The position numbers were made by a program, and so were the translations under genes. Below the pieces are notes generated by a model, which worked only from the letters and a program-made list of their open reading frames with translations, ran no database searches and was not told the DNA's origin. A DNA stretch of 64,000 nt from an uncultured delta proteobacterium (GTDB lineage: Bacteria > Myxococcota_A > Polyangia > Polyangiales > Polyangiaceae), in NCBI GenBank assembly GCA_963696385.1, contig CAVOKF010000001.1, positions 32,001 through 96,000 of the forward strand, in the 5' to 3' direction. Positions 19,534 to 28,295 of this stretch are shown here, in pieces; the stretch's first letter is position 1; each line of letters opens with the position of its first letter.

Positions 19534-21033
19534 ATGGTCAGCGTTGCGCTTCCGACGGACCCGCAACTCCGGGGCGCTTTCGACGCCCTCGTGGCGCTTC
19601 GGGCCGAGATGATCGCCCGCGAAGACGGCCTTGCCCCCGTTGTCGACCGCATCAAGAGCCGCTGCAACCTGGTCCACTACTTGGTGTTGCGTGGGCGGGA
19701 CATGCGCCCCTTGCAGGAGACCCTGGCGAGGCACGGCCTGTCGTCGCTGGGTCGGTGCGAAGCGCATACCCTTGCGAGTGTCGATGCGGTGCTCCGCATT
19801 CTGGCGCGCCTGCTCGCCGCCGATCTCGTGTTGCCCGAGCACCCTCGGGCGCCCGGCTTCGACGAAGGTCCTCTGCTGCTCGAAGCCAACGCATGCGCTT
19901 TGTTTGGCCCGACTCCGCCGAAGAGAGCCGTCCGGATCATGGTGACGTTGCCCTCCGACGCGGCCTACGACGCGGCGCTCGTCACCGACCTCATCGCGCA
20001 AGGCACCAACGCCGTTCGAATCAACTGCGCTCACGACGACCCGCAAACGTGGGCACGCATGGTCGAGCACGTCCGAACCGCCCGGCGAAGGGCCGACCGG
20101 CCGTGCGCGATCCACTTCGATTTGTGCGGCCCGAAACTGCGTACGGGAGCCGCCGCCCGTCCCATCCCCCTCAAGGCTGGCGATCTCATCGTACTCACCA
20201 AGAGCCCTCAATCCGCGCCGGCAACCGTCACGCCGCCCCGAATCCCATGCACGCTGCCCGCGGCCCTCGAACAAGTCCGATCGGGGGAACGCGTTTGGTT
20301 CGACGACGGCAAGCTCGGCGGCGTGGTGGAGGACGTGTTGCCGGAAGGGGTGTCGGTCCGCATCACCTACGCGCGCAAGGGCCAGCGCAAACTACTGCCC
20401 GATCGAGGGATCAATTTCCCCGAGAGTGCGATCGACATCGACGGCTTCACCGACAAAGATCGCGAGGATCTGGCGTTGGTCGTGCGCTACGCCGACTCGG
20501 TCGGGCTCTCGTTCGCGCAACGCGTCGTCGACGTGGGGGCCCTTCAACGAAGGCTCGCTGAGCTCGGCGCTCCCCGTCTCGGGCTCGTGCTGAAGATCGA
20601 GACCCGTCGCGGCTTCGAGGCCCTGCCCCAGTTGCTGCTCGAGCCGGTGGGCGAGCACCCGCTCGGGGTCATGATCGCGCGCGGCGATCTCGCGCTCGAA
20701 GTGGGCTATGAGCGTCTGGCCGAGGTGCAGGAGGAGGTCCTGTGGCTTTGCGAAGCCGCCCACGTTCCCGTGATCTGGGCGACTCAGGTCCTCGAGAGTG
20801 TGTCCAAGAACGGAATGCCGACCCGCGCCGAGATCACCGACGCGGCCATGTCGCAGCGCGCCGAGTGCGTCATGCTCAACAAAGGCGCTCATGTCGTGAA
20901 GACCGTGCACGTTCTCGACGACATTCTGCAACGTATGGAGGCGCATCAGAGAAAGAAGAGCGCGACACTCCGGCCGCTCCGGGTCTCCTCCGGGTCAAAC
21001 GACGTTTCGTCGGCCGAGGGATTGGCCGAATGA
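19534..21033 (+). CDS. pyk: Pyruvate kinase
   Basis: IMVTLP, RINCAHD, DLCGPKLRTG, WFDDGK, KIET, MIARGDLALE, WATQVLES, PTRAEITD, CVMLNKG. Confidence 0.92.
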   Translation: MVSVALPTDPQLRGAFDALVALRAEMIAREDGLAPVVDRIKSRCNLVHYLVLRGRDMRPLQETLARHGLSSLGRCEAHTLASVDAVLRILARLLAADLVLPEHPRAPGFDEGPLLLEANACALFGPTPPKRAVRIMVTLPSDAAYDAALVTDLIAQGTNAVRINCAHDDPQTWARMVEHVRTARRRADRPCAIHFDLCGPKLRTGAAARPIPLKAGDLIVLTKSPQSAPATVTPPRIPCTLPAALEQVRSGERVWFDDGKLGGVVEDVLPEGVSVRITYARKGQRKLLPDRGINFPESAIDIDGFTDKDREDLALVVRYADSVGLSFAQRVVDVGALQRRLAELGAPRLGLVLKIETRRGFEALPQLLLEPVGEHPLGVMIARGDLALEVGYERLAEVQEEVLWLCEAAHVPVIWATQVLESVSKNGMPTRAEITDAAMSQRAECVMLNKGAHVVKTVHVLDDILQRMEAHQRKKSATLRPLRVSSGSNDVSSAEGLAE

Positions 21034-21062
21034 CGTCCTGACCGGGTAGCCTAATCGGAGAC

Positions 21063-21785
21063 ATGCCCGCGCCTCCTTCCGTCCCGTCGTGGCAGCTCGC
21101 GTTCCACGACCGCGTGGACCCACACCGGCGCGGTTCCTCCCTTTCCGACATCATTCTCGGCGGCCAAGACGCCATCGTGAATATCCTGGGCGTATTGCTC
21201 GGCGTCGCTGCGGCGAGCGACAGCAAGCGCCTTGTGTTCGCCGCCGGACTCGCGACCGCTTTCGCGGAGTCGCTCTCGATGGCCGCCGTCGCCTACACCA
21301 CCAACATCGCGCAGGGCGACGTGTATCGCAGTGAGCGCGAGCGCGAATACCGCCACGTGCGCACGGTACCGGCGGTCGAGCGCGAAGAAGTGCGGCAGCT
21401 CTACGCGCGAAAAGGGTTCGACGGAGAACTGCTCGATCGCATCGTCGATCGCATCACGGCCGATCCGGACGTTTGGGTCGCGGTGATGATGACCGAGGAG
21501 CATCGCCTCACGCCGATCGACCGGCCGCGCGCCTTGCGTTCTGCCGTGGTCGTCGGACTGGCGTCGATCGTCGGGTCTCTCTTGCCCCTGTCGCCGTTCG
21601 TGTTTCTCGGCACGCACGCCGCGGCTTGGGCAACGGTCGTCGTGGCAGCCGGCATGCTCTTCGGCGTGGGCGCGTACAAGGCGCGTGCGACCCTGGGGCG
21701 GCCCTGGAAGTCGGGATTGGAGATGACCGCAATCGGAATGGCCAGTGCCCTCGCGGGCTGGGCTGTGGGGGCGTTGTTCCGGTAA
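21063..21785 (+). CDS. VIT1/CCC1 family Fe/Mn transporter
   Basis: DIILGGQDAIV, AESLSMA, EREEVRQLY..KG, MMTEEH, TM helices. Confidence 0.88.
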   Translation: MPAPPSVPSWQLAFHDRVDPHRRGSSLSDIILGGQDAIVNILGVLLGVAAASDSKRLVFAAGLATAFAESLSMAAVAYTTNIAQGDVYRSEREREYRHVRTVPAVEREEVRQLYARKGFDGELLDRIVDRITADPDVWVAVMMTEEHRLTPIDRPRALRSAVVVGLASIVGSLLPLSPFVFLGTHAAAWATVVVAAGMLFGVGAYKARATLGRPWKSGLEMTAIGMASALAGWAVGALFR

Positions 21786-21802
21786 GCCTCGGATCGCCCC
21801 CG

Positions 21803-22627
21803 ATGCGTTCGATCCCCTGCGCCATCGCCTTTGTCGTCGGCCTGAGCCTGGCCGCCGATTCGGCGCAGGCCCAAGACCCCTTCGAGATCGAGGTCTACGA
21901 TGCCACGGCCAACCCCGTGGGCATCGCCGGACTCGAGCTGCACTTGAACGATTGGGTCACCGGTCATCGCTTTCCGACCGGGTCGGAAGCTCCGCTGCAC
22001 GGACAGTTTCACGCGACGTTCGAACCATCGTGGGGAGTCCTGCCGTTCTGGGAAGTGGGGGCGTACGTGCAGTTCGCCGTGAGATCCGACGACGGCGTCG
22101 CGGACTGGGCGGGTGCGAAGCTCCGCTCGAAATTCGTGACGCCGCCGACCTGGGACGCCCACTGGCGCCTCGGGATCAATCTCGAGGTCTCGTACCTTCC
22201 GGCCACCTACGACGCGAACCGCTGGGGCAGCGAAGTGCGGCCCATCGTGGCCTACGAAGACGAGCACTGGCTTTTCGCATTCAATCCCATTTTCGATCAG
22301 GCGCTCGCCCGGCCGGGTGCGTCGGACGGCCCCGTGTTCGATCCCGCGCTCAAAGCCGCGCGCAAGGTCGGGCCGGTCGCGCTGGGCTTCGAGTACTACG
22401 GCGGCATCGGTCCGGTCGCATCGCCGCTGCCTCTGGCCGACCAGACGCACCTGTTGTTCGAAGTGATCGATCTGCTCTCGATCGAGCACGTTGAGCTGAA
22501 TCTCGGCCTGGGCGAAGGCCTGACGCCGTCGAGCGCCGGGACGATCGTCAAGGCCATCCTCGGCTACACGTTCGAAAAGTCGGCGACGCCGCCACCCCCG
22601 CCGGTTCCGCAGAGGATCGCGCGGTAG
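21803..22627 (+). CDS. Secreted, putative outer-membrane beta-barrel protein
   Basis: Signal peptide ending AQA, EIEVY...LELHLN, amphipathic strands, GFEYYG, KAILGYTF. Confidence 0.65.
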   Translation: MRSIPCAIAFVVGLSLAADSAQAQDPFEIEVYDATANPVGIAGLELHLNDWVTGHRFPTGSEAPLHGQFHATFEPSWGVLPFWEVGAYVQFAVRSDDGVADWAGAKLRSKFVTPPTWDAHWRLGINLEVSYLPATYDANRWGSEVRPIVAYEDEHWLFAFNPIFDQALARPGASDGPVFDPALKAARKVGPVALGFEYYGGIGPVASPLPLADQTHLLFEVIDLLSIEHVELNLGLGEGLTPSSAGTIVKAILGYTFEKSATPPPPPVPQRIAR

Positions 22628-22653
22628 GGCTCGGCCCGACCAATCCCGGCCGG

Positions 22654-23910
22654 TCACTTCGGAATCTTCAAGAGCACGCCGTTCGACGACCCCGGGGTGG
22701 TCGGGACGACGAGGTAGGCGCTCGTGTCGTCGATCGCGAGGGCAACCGTCGGTTCGGTCCCCCCGCTATTTCCGCAACCAACGGCGCCGTTCGTGGCGGT
22801 GGTGGCTCCGAGGTTGCCCGCCAGGCGCATCGGTGCGCCGCCGTCGCCGGTGGGGAACTGCCAGAGGCTCTCGTCGGTCGCGACGTACACGGACGACGAG
22901 TCGGCCGCGATTTGAACCGGCTGCTCGGAGGTGACGAGGGTCGCGAGCGTCGTCACGCCGCCGCCGGTCTCGGGAACGCGACTCACCTGAAGCACGCAGG
23001 TACTCGCGTTGTCGTTGCCCATCGTGACGCTGCCGCTCGTGGCCCAGTACACATCCAATCCGTCCGTCGCGATCGCGTTGGGGCAGCCGTTGGCGTTCGG
23101 GGCGATCGTCGTTACCGTCCCGCCCGCGATCGGTGCTCGATCGATCTCGCATGGGCCGTTCGGTAGGGTGACCACCGCGTAGATCCCGTTGGCGTCGACC
23201 GCGAAGCTTGCGTTGGCATTGCCGAAGCTCGCGACGACGGACACGGCGCCGCCGCTCGTCGGTACGCTGCCCACTTGAAAGGTCCCGTTGACGTTCCAGG
23301 ACAGGAAGATCGTGGCTTGAAAAATGACCATGGACGACAACGAGCCGACGTTGCTCGTCGCCGGGAACGTCCCGACGGCGGACGGCGGCGAGGCGCTCGC
23401 GTCGGGCGCATTCGTCGGACTCGCGGCGACGTACCAGCCGCCCGTGCCCGTGAGGTTCTGCGCCAGGTAATAGATGGCGGAGTCGTCGACCGCGAAGGGC
23501 ATGTCGGTCGATCCACCCTGCTGCGACGGCGTGACGGCGGTAACCGGACTGCCCCCGGCTTTCGGGACGTCCTCGATCAGGGGGTTGGCCGACGACCAAA
23601 AGAAGACGTCGTCCGAATTGATCGCGATGGGTCCGGGAACCACGCCGGTCGACAGCGTGAGGGGACTGGTCGTGCACGAGCCGTTTTCGCAGCGTGCGCC
23701 CTGGTCGCATGCCGCTCCGCACATCGAGCAGTTCTGCGGATCGCTCGTGATGTCGGTTTCGCACTGATCCGGGGTCGAGCAGCTCGCAAACCCGACGGTG
23801 CAGGGATAGGGACCGTCGAACGACGGGGTGCACCCCTGCGCGAGGGCGGTCGAGGCCGCAGCCAGAACCGCGCATCCGATCGCCGCGCGCGCCGTCCCTG
23901 TGAGCGGCAT
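22654..23910 (-). CDS. Secreted Cys-rich / beta-propeller protein
   Basis: Signal-like start MPLTG...; CETDITSDPQNCSMCGAAC; repeated IAxDxxxVYW blades. Confidence 0.75.
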   Translation of the reverse strand: MPLTGTARAAIGCAVLAAASTALAQGCTPSFDGPYPCTVGFASCSTPDQCETDITSDPQNCSMCGAACDQGARCENGSCTTSPLTLSTGVVPGPIAINSDDVFFWSSANPLIEDVPKAGGSPVTAVTPSQQGGSTDMPFAVDDSAIYYLAQNLTGTGGWYVAASPTNAPDASASPPSAVGTFPATSNVGSLSSMVIFQATIFLSWNVNGTFQVGSVPTSGGAVSVVASFGNANASFAVDANGIYAVVTLPNGPCEIDRAPIAGGTVTTIAPNANGCPNAIATDGLDVYWATSGSVTMGNDNASTCVLQVSRVPETGGGVTTLATLVTSEQPVQIAADSSSVYVATDESLWQFPTGDGGAPMRLAGNLGATTATNGAVGCGNSGGTEPTVALAIDDTSAYLVVPTTPGSSNGVLLKIPK

Positions 23911-23912
23911 CC

Positions 23913-25637
23913 TCACAGCCCTCCGGTGCGCAGTCCGAAGGGCGTTGCACGTTCCCGCCGGCATCGCGCGTTCGGCTCGTAGAACGCGCCGATCTGGAGT
24001 GTGCCGGCCGGCCCTCCCCCGTTCGCGTCGCTTTGGCCCCACAGGTCGGCGACGACCCGTGCCCCCCAGTCGCAGAGAGGCTGGATGTCGATGGCCGCCC
24101 ACGTGCCGTATGTGGCCTGAACGCGGCCGGTTTGAACGTCTTTGATGTCGAGTTCGATCGTTCCGACCTCGGGGCCCACGTTCAAAGCCACCGCATCGAT
24201 AGGGATTCTCAGCGCGATCCGCACGGTCGACGCATAGGCGGTGACCTGCGCTTGGGCAGGAAGGGCGTAGTTCGTATGGAACGTCGCCCGCTGCATCGTG
24301 CCGGACCCCCAGGCGGTCTGCAGGAACGTTCCGAACCAGCGCGTGATGATCCCACCCGCCAGCGACACGCCGGTCGCTGCGCCCACTCCGCCTCGGTAGG
24401 TTTCGGGCATCTCGTTGGTTCGAAAGCTCGAAGGGTCGAGCATCCAGACGTCGAGGCCGATCCGAAAGCGCCCCGGAGTCCCTTGTGGACCGGCGAAGGC
24501 GAACGGAGCGTCCGACCGAAGCGCACCCGTCAGGTCGACTCCCTTGTCCGGATCCACGACGACGTCGGTTTCGAGCCACGTGCACTCCGGGATGCGGGCG
24601 CGGATCGTATGCCGACCGGCAGCCACGGCGTAGTCCACGTGCTCGACGACGTTATGCCCGAGCGAGTCGCTCCACTTGCGCTTCACGTCCGCTGGCGCGA
24701 GCACGTCGGGGCCGTCGAGATAGAGCACCAACCCGTCTTCGGGGCCTCGCGGCTCCGGCCCGTCACACCCGATCGCCGCGCGGATCTTCGGTTTTTCCGG
24801 CAGGGCGATCCGGTCCAGGACGACGTCGACGGACCGCACCTCGCGGTCCTTGATGACGACCTCGGTCTGAAACGGGCGCATCCCGGGCGCCGTGACTCGG
24901 ATCGCGTGACCGCCGGACGCGACGGCGAGATCGATCATTCCGGTGGCGATCGGCTTGGCGTCGAGCTCGATCGTCGCCCCGGCGGGCGCGCTGACGACGA
25001 GGCGCCCTTCGTGCAACTCCTTGTCGAGCTTCACGTCGAGTTTCACCGTCGCGCTTCCGCCGACCGGCAGCGTCTGCTCGAACGGCCGGAACCCGTCCTT
25101 GACCACACGCAGGTGCCTCTCGCCGATATCGAGGGCCACCGGCCCCGGCAGCGGGGAGACCCCCACGACCGAATCGTCGACGGTGATCTGCGCGCCGTCC
25201 TCGCTCACCTTGAACGTCGCGTCCGTGGTGAACGGCGCCAGGGCCTGGACGAGGTCGCGCGCGTCCTTCTTGTCCTTTTCGGTCAAAGTGCCGGCCCCTT
25301 CGGCCAGGTAGCGATGCAGTGTCGCGATGACCTTCGCGTAGTGCCGCAAATTCTTTTCGCAGAACGCCACGTTCCACAGCAGCCGCACGTCGTGCGATTG
25401 CTCGTAGGCGCTCGAGAACTTGATGAGCGCCCCGGCGAAGTCGCCATCGGACGCCAGCGTTCGGCCGGCCTCGTAGTCGGCCTTGGCCTGACCTGCGAGC
25501 GCTTGCGCCAGGGGCCGCGAGGGCGTCGTGGAGCCGGCGGCCGCCGTCTGCGCGCTCGCGTCCCCCGCGCACGGCAGCCACTGAATCGCGGACACGACGA
25601 CGACGGCCACGCACGGGATGACCGCGCGTTGGGTCAT
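23913..25637 (-). CDS. TPR/PEGA-domain secreted protein
   Basis: ATGA-coupled to the kinase; TPR-like DFAGALIKF..AY...LLWNVAFC; PEGA-like GAQITVDD..VG..PL...GERHLRVVKDGF. Confidence 0.82.
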   Translation of the reverse strand: MTQRAVIPCVAVVVVSAIQWLPCAGDASAQTAAAGSTTPSRPLAQALAGQAKADYEAGRTLASDGDFAGALIKFSSAYEQSHDVRLLWNVAFCEKNLRHYAKVIATLHRYLAEGAGTLTEKDKKDARDLVQALAPFTTDATFKVSEDGAQITVDDSVVGVSPLPGPVALDIGERHLRVVKDGFRPFEQTLPVGGSATVKLDVKLDKELHEGRLVVSAPAGATIELDAKPIATGMIDLAVASGGHAIRVTAPGMRPFQTEVVIKDREVRSVDVVLDRIALPEKPKIRAAIGCDGPEPRGPEDGLVLYLDGPDVLAPADVKRKWSDSLGHNVVEHVDYAVAAGRHTIRARIPECTWLETDVVVDPDKGVDLTGALRSDAPFAFAGPQGTPGRFRIGLDVWMLDPSSFRTNEMPETYRGGVGAATGVSLAGGIITRWFGTFLQTAWGSGTMQRATFHTNYALPAQAQVTAYASTVRIALRIPIDAVALNVGPEVGTIELDIKDVQTGRVQATYGTWAAIDIQPLCDWGARVVADLWGQSDANGGGPAGTLQIGAFYEPNARCRRERATPFGLRTGGL

Positions 25638-27247
25638 TTCAACTCCATGTGCAGTCCGCCGGTGCTCGTGCTCGCCGGCGGCGGAGCGGCCGGTGCTGTC
25701 GTGGCACGAGCGGCCGTCGCGGGCGCCGGCGCACTGGCGACGGTGTCCTTGGGCGGTGGCGAGTCGATTTCGACCTTCGGCGGCAGGGGTCCGTCCTCGC
25801 CGATCGTGACGTCCGCAGACGCTTGGCGCCGTCCGGCCGACAGGCGGACGCGGTGAACGCTCCCGAGTGGCCCGGTTACCGCCACGACCCCGCCGCGTAC
25901 GGGTGCGTCCGCCCCATCGACCTGGGCTTGCGCGTTCGCCGGAAGCACCACGACGCGCACGGTTCGATCCGGCACCGGCCGTTCCGAGGGCAATGGCGCG
26001 AGCGTTTCGGCGGCCAGGGGCTCCACCCTCGGCACAGGCGCAAGGACCGCTGTCGCCTGGATGGGCTCGCCATGCAATCCGGCCACTCGCCACGCGCCCC
26101 AGGCGAAGACGGCCGCCAGGACCGCTATAACGGGGACGATCCAGGCCGCTCGGGCGGTGCGCGAACGGGCCTTCGGTCGAGTGTGGGTCACTCCCATCAT
26201 CGTGGCGTCGGCCGGCGCCGCCGTTGCGACGACCCGGGGGGCCGGCAGCCCTTCGAACGACGGCGCGGGACTGCGCATTCCGGAAGTCAGCTCGAGCCTC
26301 GGCGCCGCCGAAGCGCAATCCCGGTCCGCCAGGGGCACGAACATCGCCGCCGTGAGCGCGTGTCCGGCCGGCAGCTGCGCGCCGATGGCATCCGCCATCT
26401 CGACCGCGGACGCAAAGCGCTGCGCCGGGTCGAGCGCCAACGCACGATGCACGATGGCGGCCACCTCGGGGGGCACCCAGGGCGCGAGCTCCTGAACATG
26501 GCGAGGAACCGCAGAGCAAATCTGGAGGATGAGTTCCCCGAATGTCTCGACGTGCCCGTGCGGCGTCGAGCCGGTCAACGCCTCGTAAAGCACGACGCCG
26601 AGCGACCAGATGTCGGTGCGATGATCGAGGTCTTTTTTGCCGCGCGCTTGTTCGGGCGACATGTAAATGGGCAATCCGAGCATGGCGCCGGTCTGCGTCA
26701 GCCCGGCCCCTTCGGCCCCCGCGAGCGGGTCTTGGTGGACCTTGGCGATGCCGAAGTCCAAGAGCTTGACGACGATGTCGCCGTCCTCGCGCTTCGCGAG
26801 GAATAGGTTGGCCGGCTTGATGTCCCGATGCACGACGCCCGCCTCGTGCGCCTTGCGCAGCCCGAGGCAGGCTTGCGCGGCGATGCGCAATGCCAGCTCG
26901 GGCGCGACCGCCCCGAGCCTCTCCATCGCCTGCTGCAAGTCCTCGCCGACCAGCAACTCCATCACCGTGTACGGGCCGCCCGTCGCCGGGTCGACGCCCG
27001 TGTCGAGCACCTGCGCGATGTACTGCGACTCGATCGCGCCGCTCGCCATCGCCTCGCGCTGGAATCGGCCGATGACCTCCGGGTTTTGGGTGAGCGACCC
27101 GGTTGCGATGACCTTGACGGCTACGCGCCTGCCGGTCCCGCGGTGGCGGGCTTCGTAGACGGCGCCCATCCCGCCCGCGCCGAGCTGTCGAACGATTTGG
27201 TACTTGCCGTCGAGGATAGCGAGCGGCGGCAGCGCAGCGGATTGCAC
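25634..27247 (-). CDS. Membrane Ser/Thr protein kinase
   Basis: LGAGGMGAVY, VAVK, HRDIKPAN, DFG, YMSPEQ, DIWSLG, TM helix. Confidence 0.95.
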   Translation of the reverse strand: MQSAALPPLAILDGKYQIVRQLGAGGMGAVYEARHRGTGRRVAVKVIATGSLTQNPEVIGRFQREAMASGAIESQYIAQVLDTGVDPATGGPYTVMELLVGEDLQQAMERLGAVAPELALRIAAQACLGLRKAHEAGVVHRDIKPANLFLAKREDGDIVVKLLDFGIAKVHQDPLAGAEGAGLTQTGAMLGLPIYMSPEQARGKKDLDHRTDIWSLGVVLYEALTGSTPHGHVETFGELILQICSAVPRHVQELAPWVPPEVAAIVHRALALDPAQRFASAVEMADAIGAQLPAGHALTAAMFVPLADRDCASAAPRLELTSGMRSPAPSFEGLPAPRVVATAAPADATMMGVTHTRPKARSRTARAAWIVPVIAVLAAVFAWGAWRVAGLHGEPIQATAVLAPVPRVEPLAAETLAPLPSERPVPDRTVRVVVLPANAQAQVDGADAPVRGGVVAVTGPLGSVHRVRLSAGRRQASADVTIGEDGPLPPKVEIDSPPPKDTVASAPAPATAARATTAPAAPPPASTSTGGLHMELK

Positions 27248-27408
27248 GAAATGGCCCCTTACTTGCCACGTTACCCGCTCGCACGGGACTGTGAAACCCG
27301 GTTAACCGCTCGAACGACCGCGCCACCTCCCGGAGGGCCGCGGAGGGGGAGGGCGCCTGTCTGCGCCGGCTCACCGCCCGGGTGCGACCCGCACACCCTT
27401 CAGCCCCA

Positions 27409-27424
27409 TGGCGCGGAGCATGCA
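27409..27424 (+). promoter_or_regulatory. Possible sigma54 -24/-12 site
   Basis: tGGCGCggagcATGCa (GG-N10-GC) about 30 nt before ATG 27453. Confidence 0.35.
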
Positions 27425-27452
27425 AGCTTCGAGATCCCAATCGAGGCCACCC

Positions 27453-27605
27453 ATGCTGATGATCATTCTCGTCGTGTGCTTGTTGTTCGCTCTGGGCGCT
27501 GGAGGATGGGGGCATTCTCGTTGGGGCTATACGGGTTGGTCACCGGCGGGGGTGATCGTGGTCGTGCTGGTGGTTCTGTGGGCCACCGGAAACCTGCACA
27601 CGTAG
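27453..27605 (+). CDS. Small membrane protein, DUF3309-like
   Basis: 50 aa, two hydrophobic segments around WGHSRWGY; GAGG RBS. Confidence 0.7.
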   Translation: MLMIILVVCLLFALGAGGWGHSRWGYTGWSPAGVIVVVLVVLWATGNLHT

Positions 27606-27708
27606 AGCGCCCGCACGACTGGAGCGCCCGTACGAAGGCGACCGGGCGACGGGAGCGCCCGTACGACCGCGGCCGGGCGACTGGAGCGTCCGTACGACCG
27701 CGGCCGGT
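27606..27708. repeat. Imperfect ~31-bp intergenic tandem repeat
   Basis: ggagcgcccgtacgaccgcggccgggcgact-like units between convergent genes. Confidence 0.7.
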
Positions 27709-27718
27709 CGATGGGGGA

Positions 27719-28216
27719 TTAACGGCCGGGGGGCAAGCCGGCTCCTGCGGCTGGCGGACCGGCTATCGTCTTGACGTTGCGTCCGGTTGGCTCGGTTTCT
27801 CCCTCGGCGTCGAAGACGGCGTGCCCACTGGCCGTGGCGTAGGCCAATGCGGGCGGAGCCGGCAATGGTGCGCCTTTTGCATTTTGCCAAAAGCTGGGCG
27901 CATAGAAGGGTCTGCCGTCCGCGGCTCGAACCAGGACCCAGGGCGCATAGCGGGCGCCGGCGGGCGTTCGAACCCAACGCCCGAGAAGCCAGTACCAGCG
28001 CCCGCGACGCAGCACCCATTCGCCGTTGACCCACGCGTCCGCGCCCGCCGGCCGCGTCGGGATGACTTCGACTCGTCCGGGCGGGGGCCCGAAGGCGACC
28101 GCCGTAAGCGCGGTCGTGGCTTGGGCTGCGTACGGTGGGTGGGGCAGCGACTCGCCGCACGCGCCGCCCGCCACGAGGGGCCAGACGACGAGAAGTCGGG
28201 TCACGCTCCGCCACAT
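27719..28216 (-). CDS. YXWGXW-repeat-like lipoprotein
   Basis: GGAC lipobox; PPPGRVEVIP, AWVNGEW..RGRWYWLLGRW. Confidence 0.7.
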   Translation of the reverse strand: MWRSVTRLLVVWPLVAGGACGESLPHPPYAAQATTALTAVAFGPPPGRVEVIPTRPAGADAWVNGEWVLRRGRWYWLLGRWVRTPAGARYAPWVLVRAADGRPFYAPSFWQNAKGAPLPAPPALAYATASGHAVFDAEGETEPTGRNVKTIAGPPAAGAGLPPGR

Positions 28217-28295
28217 GCCGATGGCTGAAGTACAAGAAGTACAAGAAGTACAAGAGGAACTCGGTCGATTGAAACGGTTCTCGTCAGCTCGGAGG

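Noticed and set aside
23913..27515. 1200-aa ORF as a single protein
   Set aside because: The 5' half is an off-frame shadow of the kinase; the PEGA gene starts at ATG 25637, overlapping the kinase stop
27606..27708. ~31-bp repeats as a mini-CRISPR
   Set aside because: Imperfect tandem units without spacers
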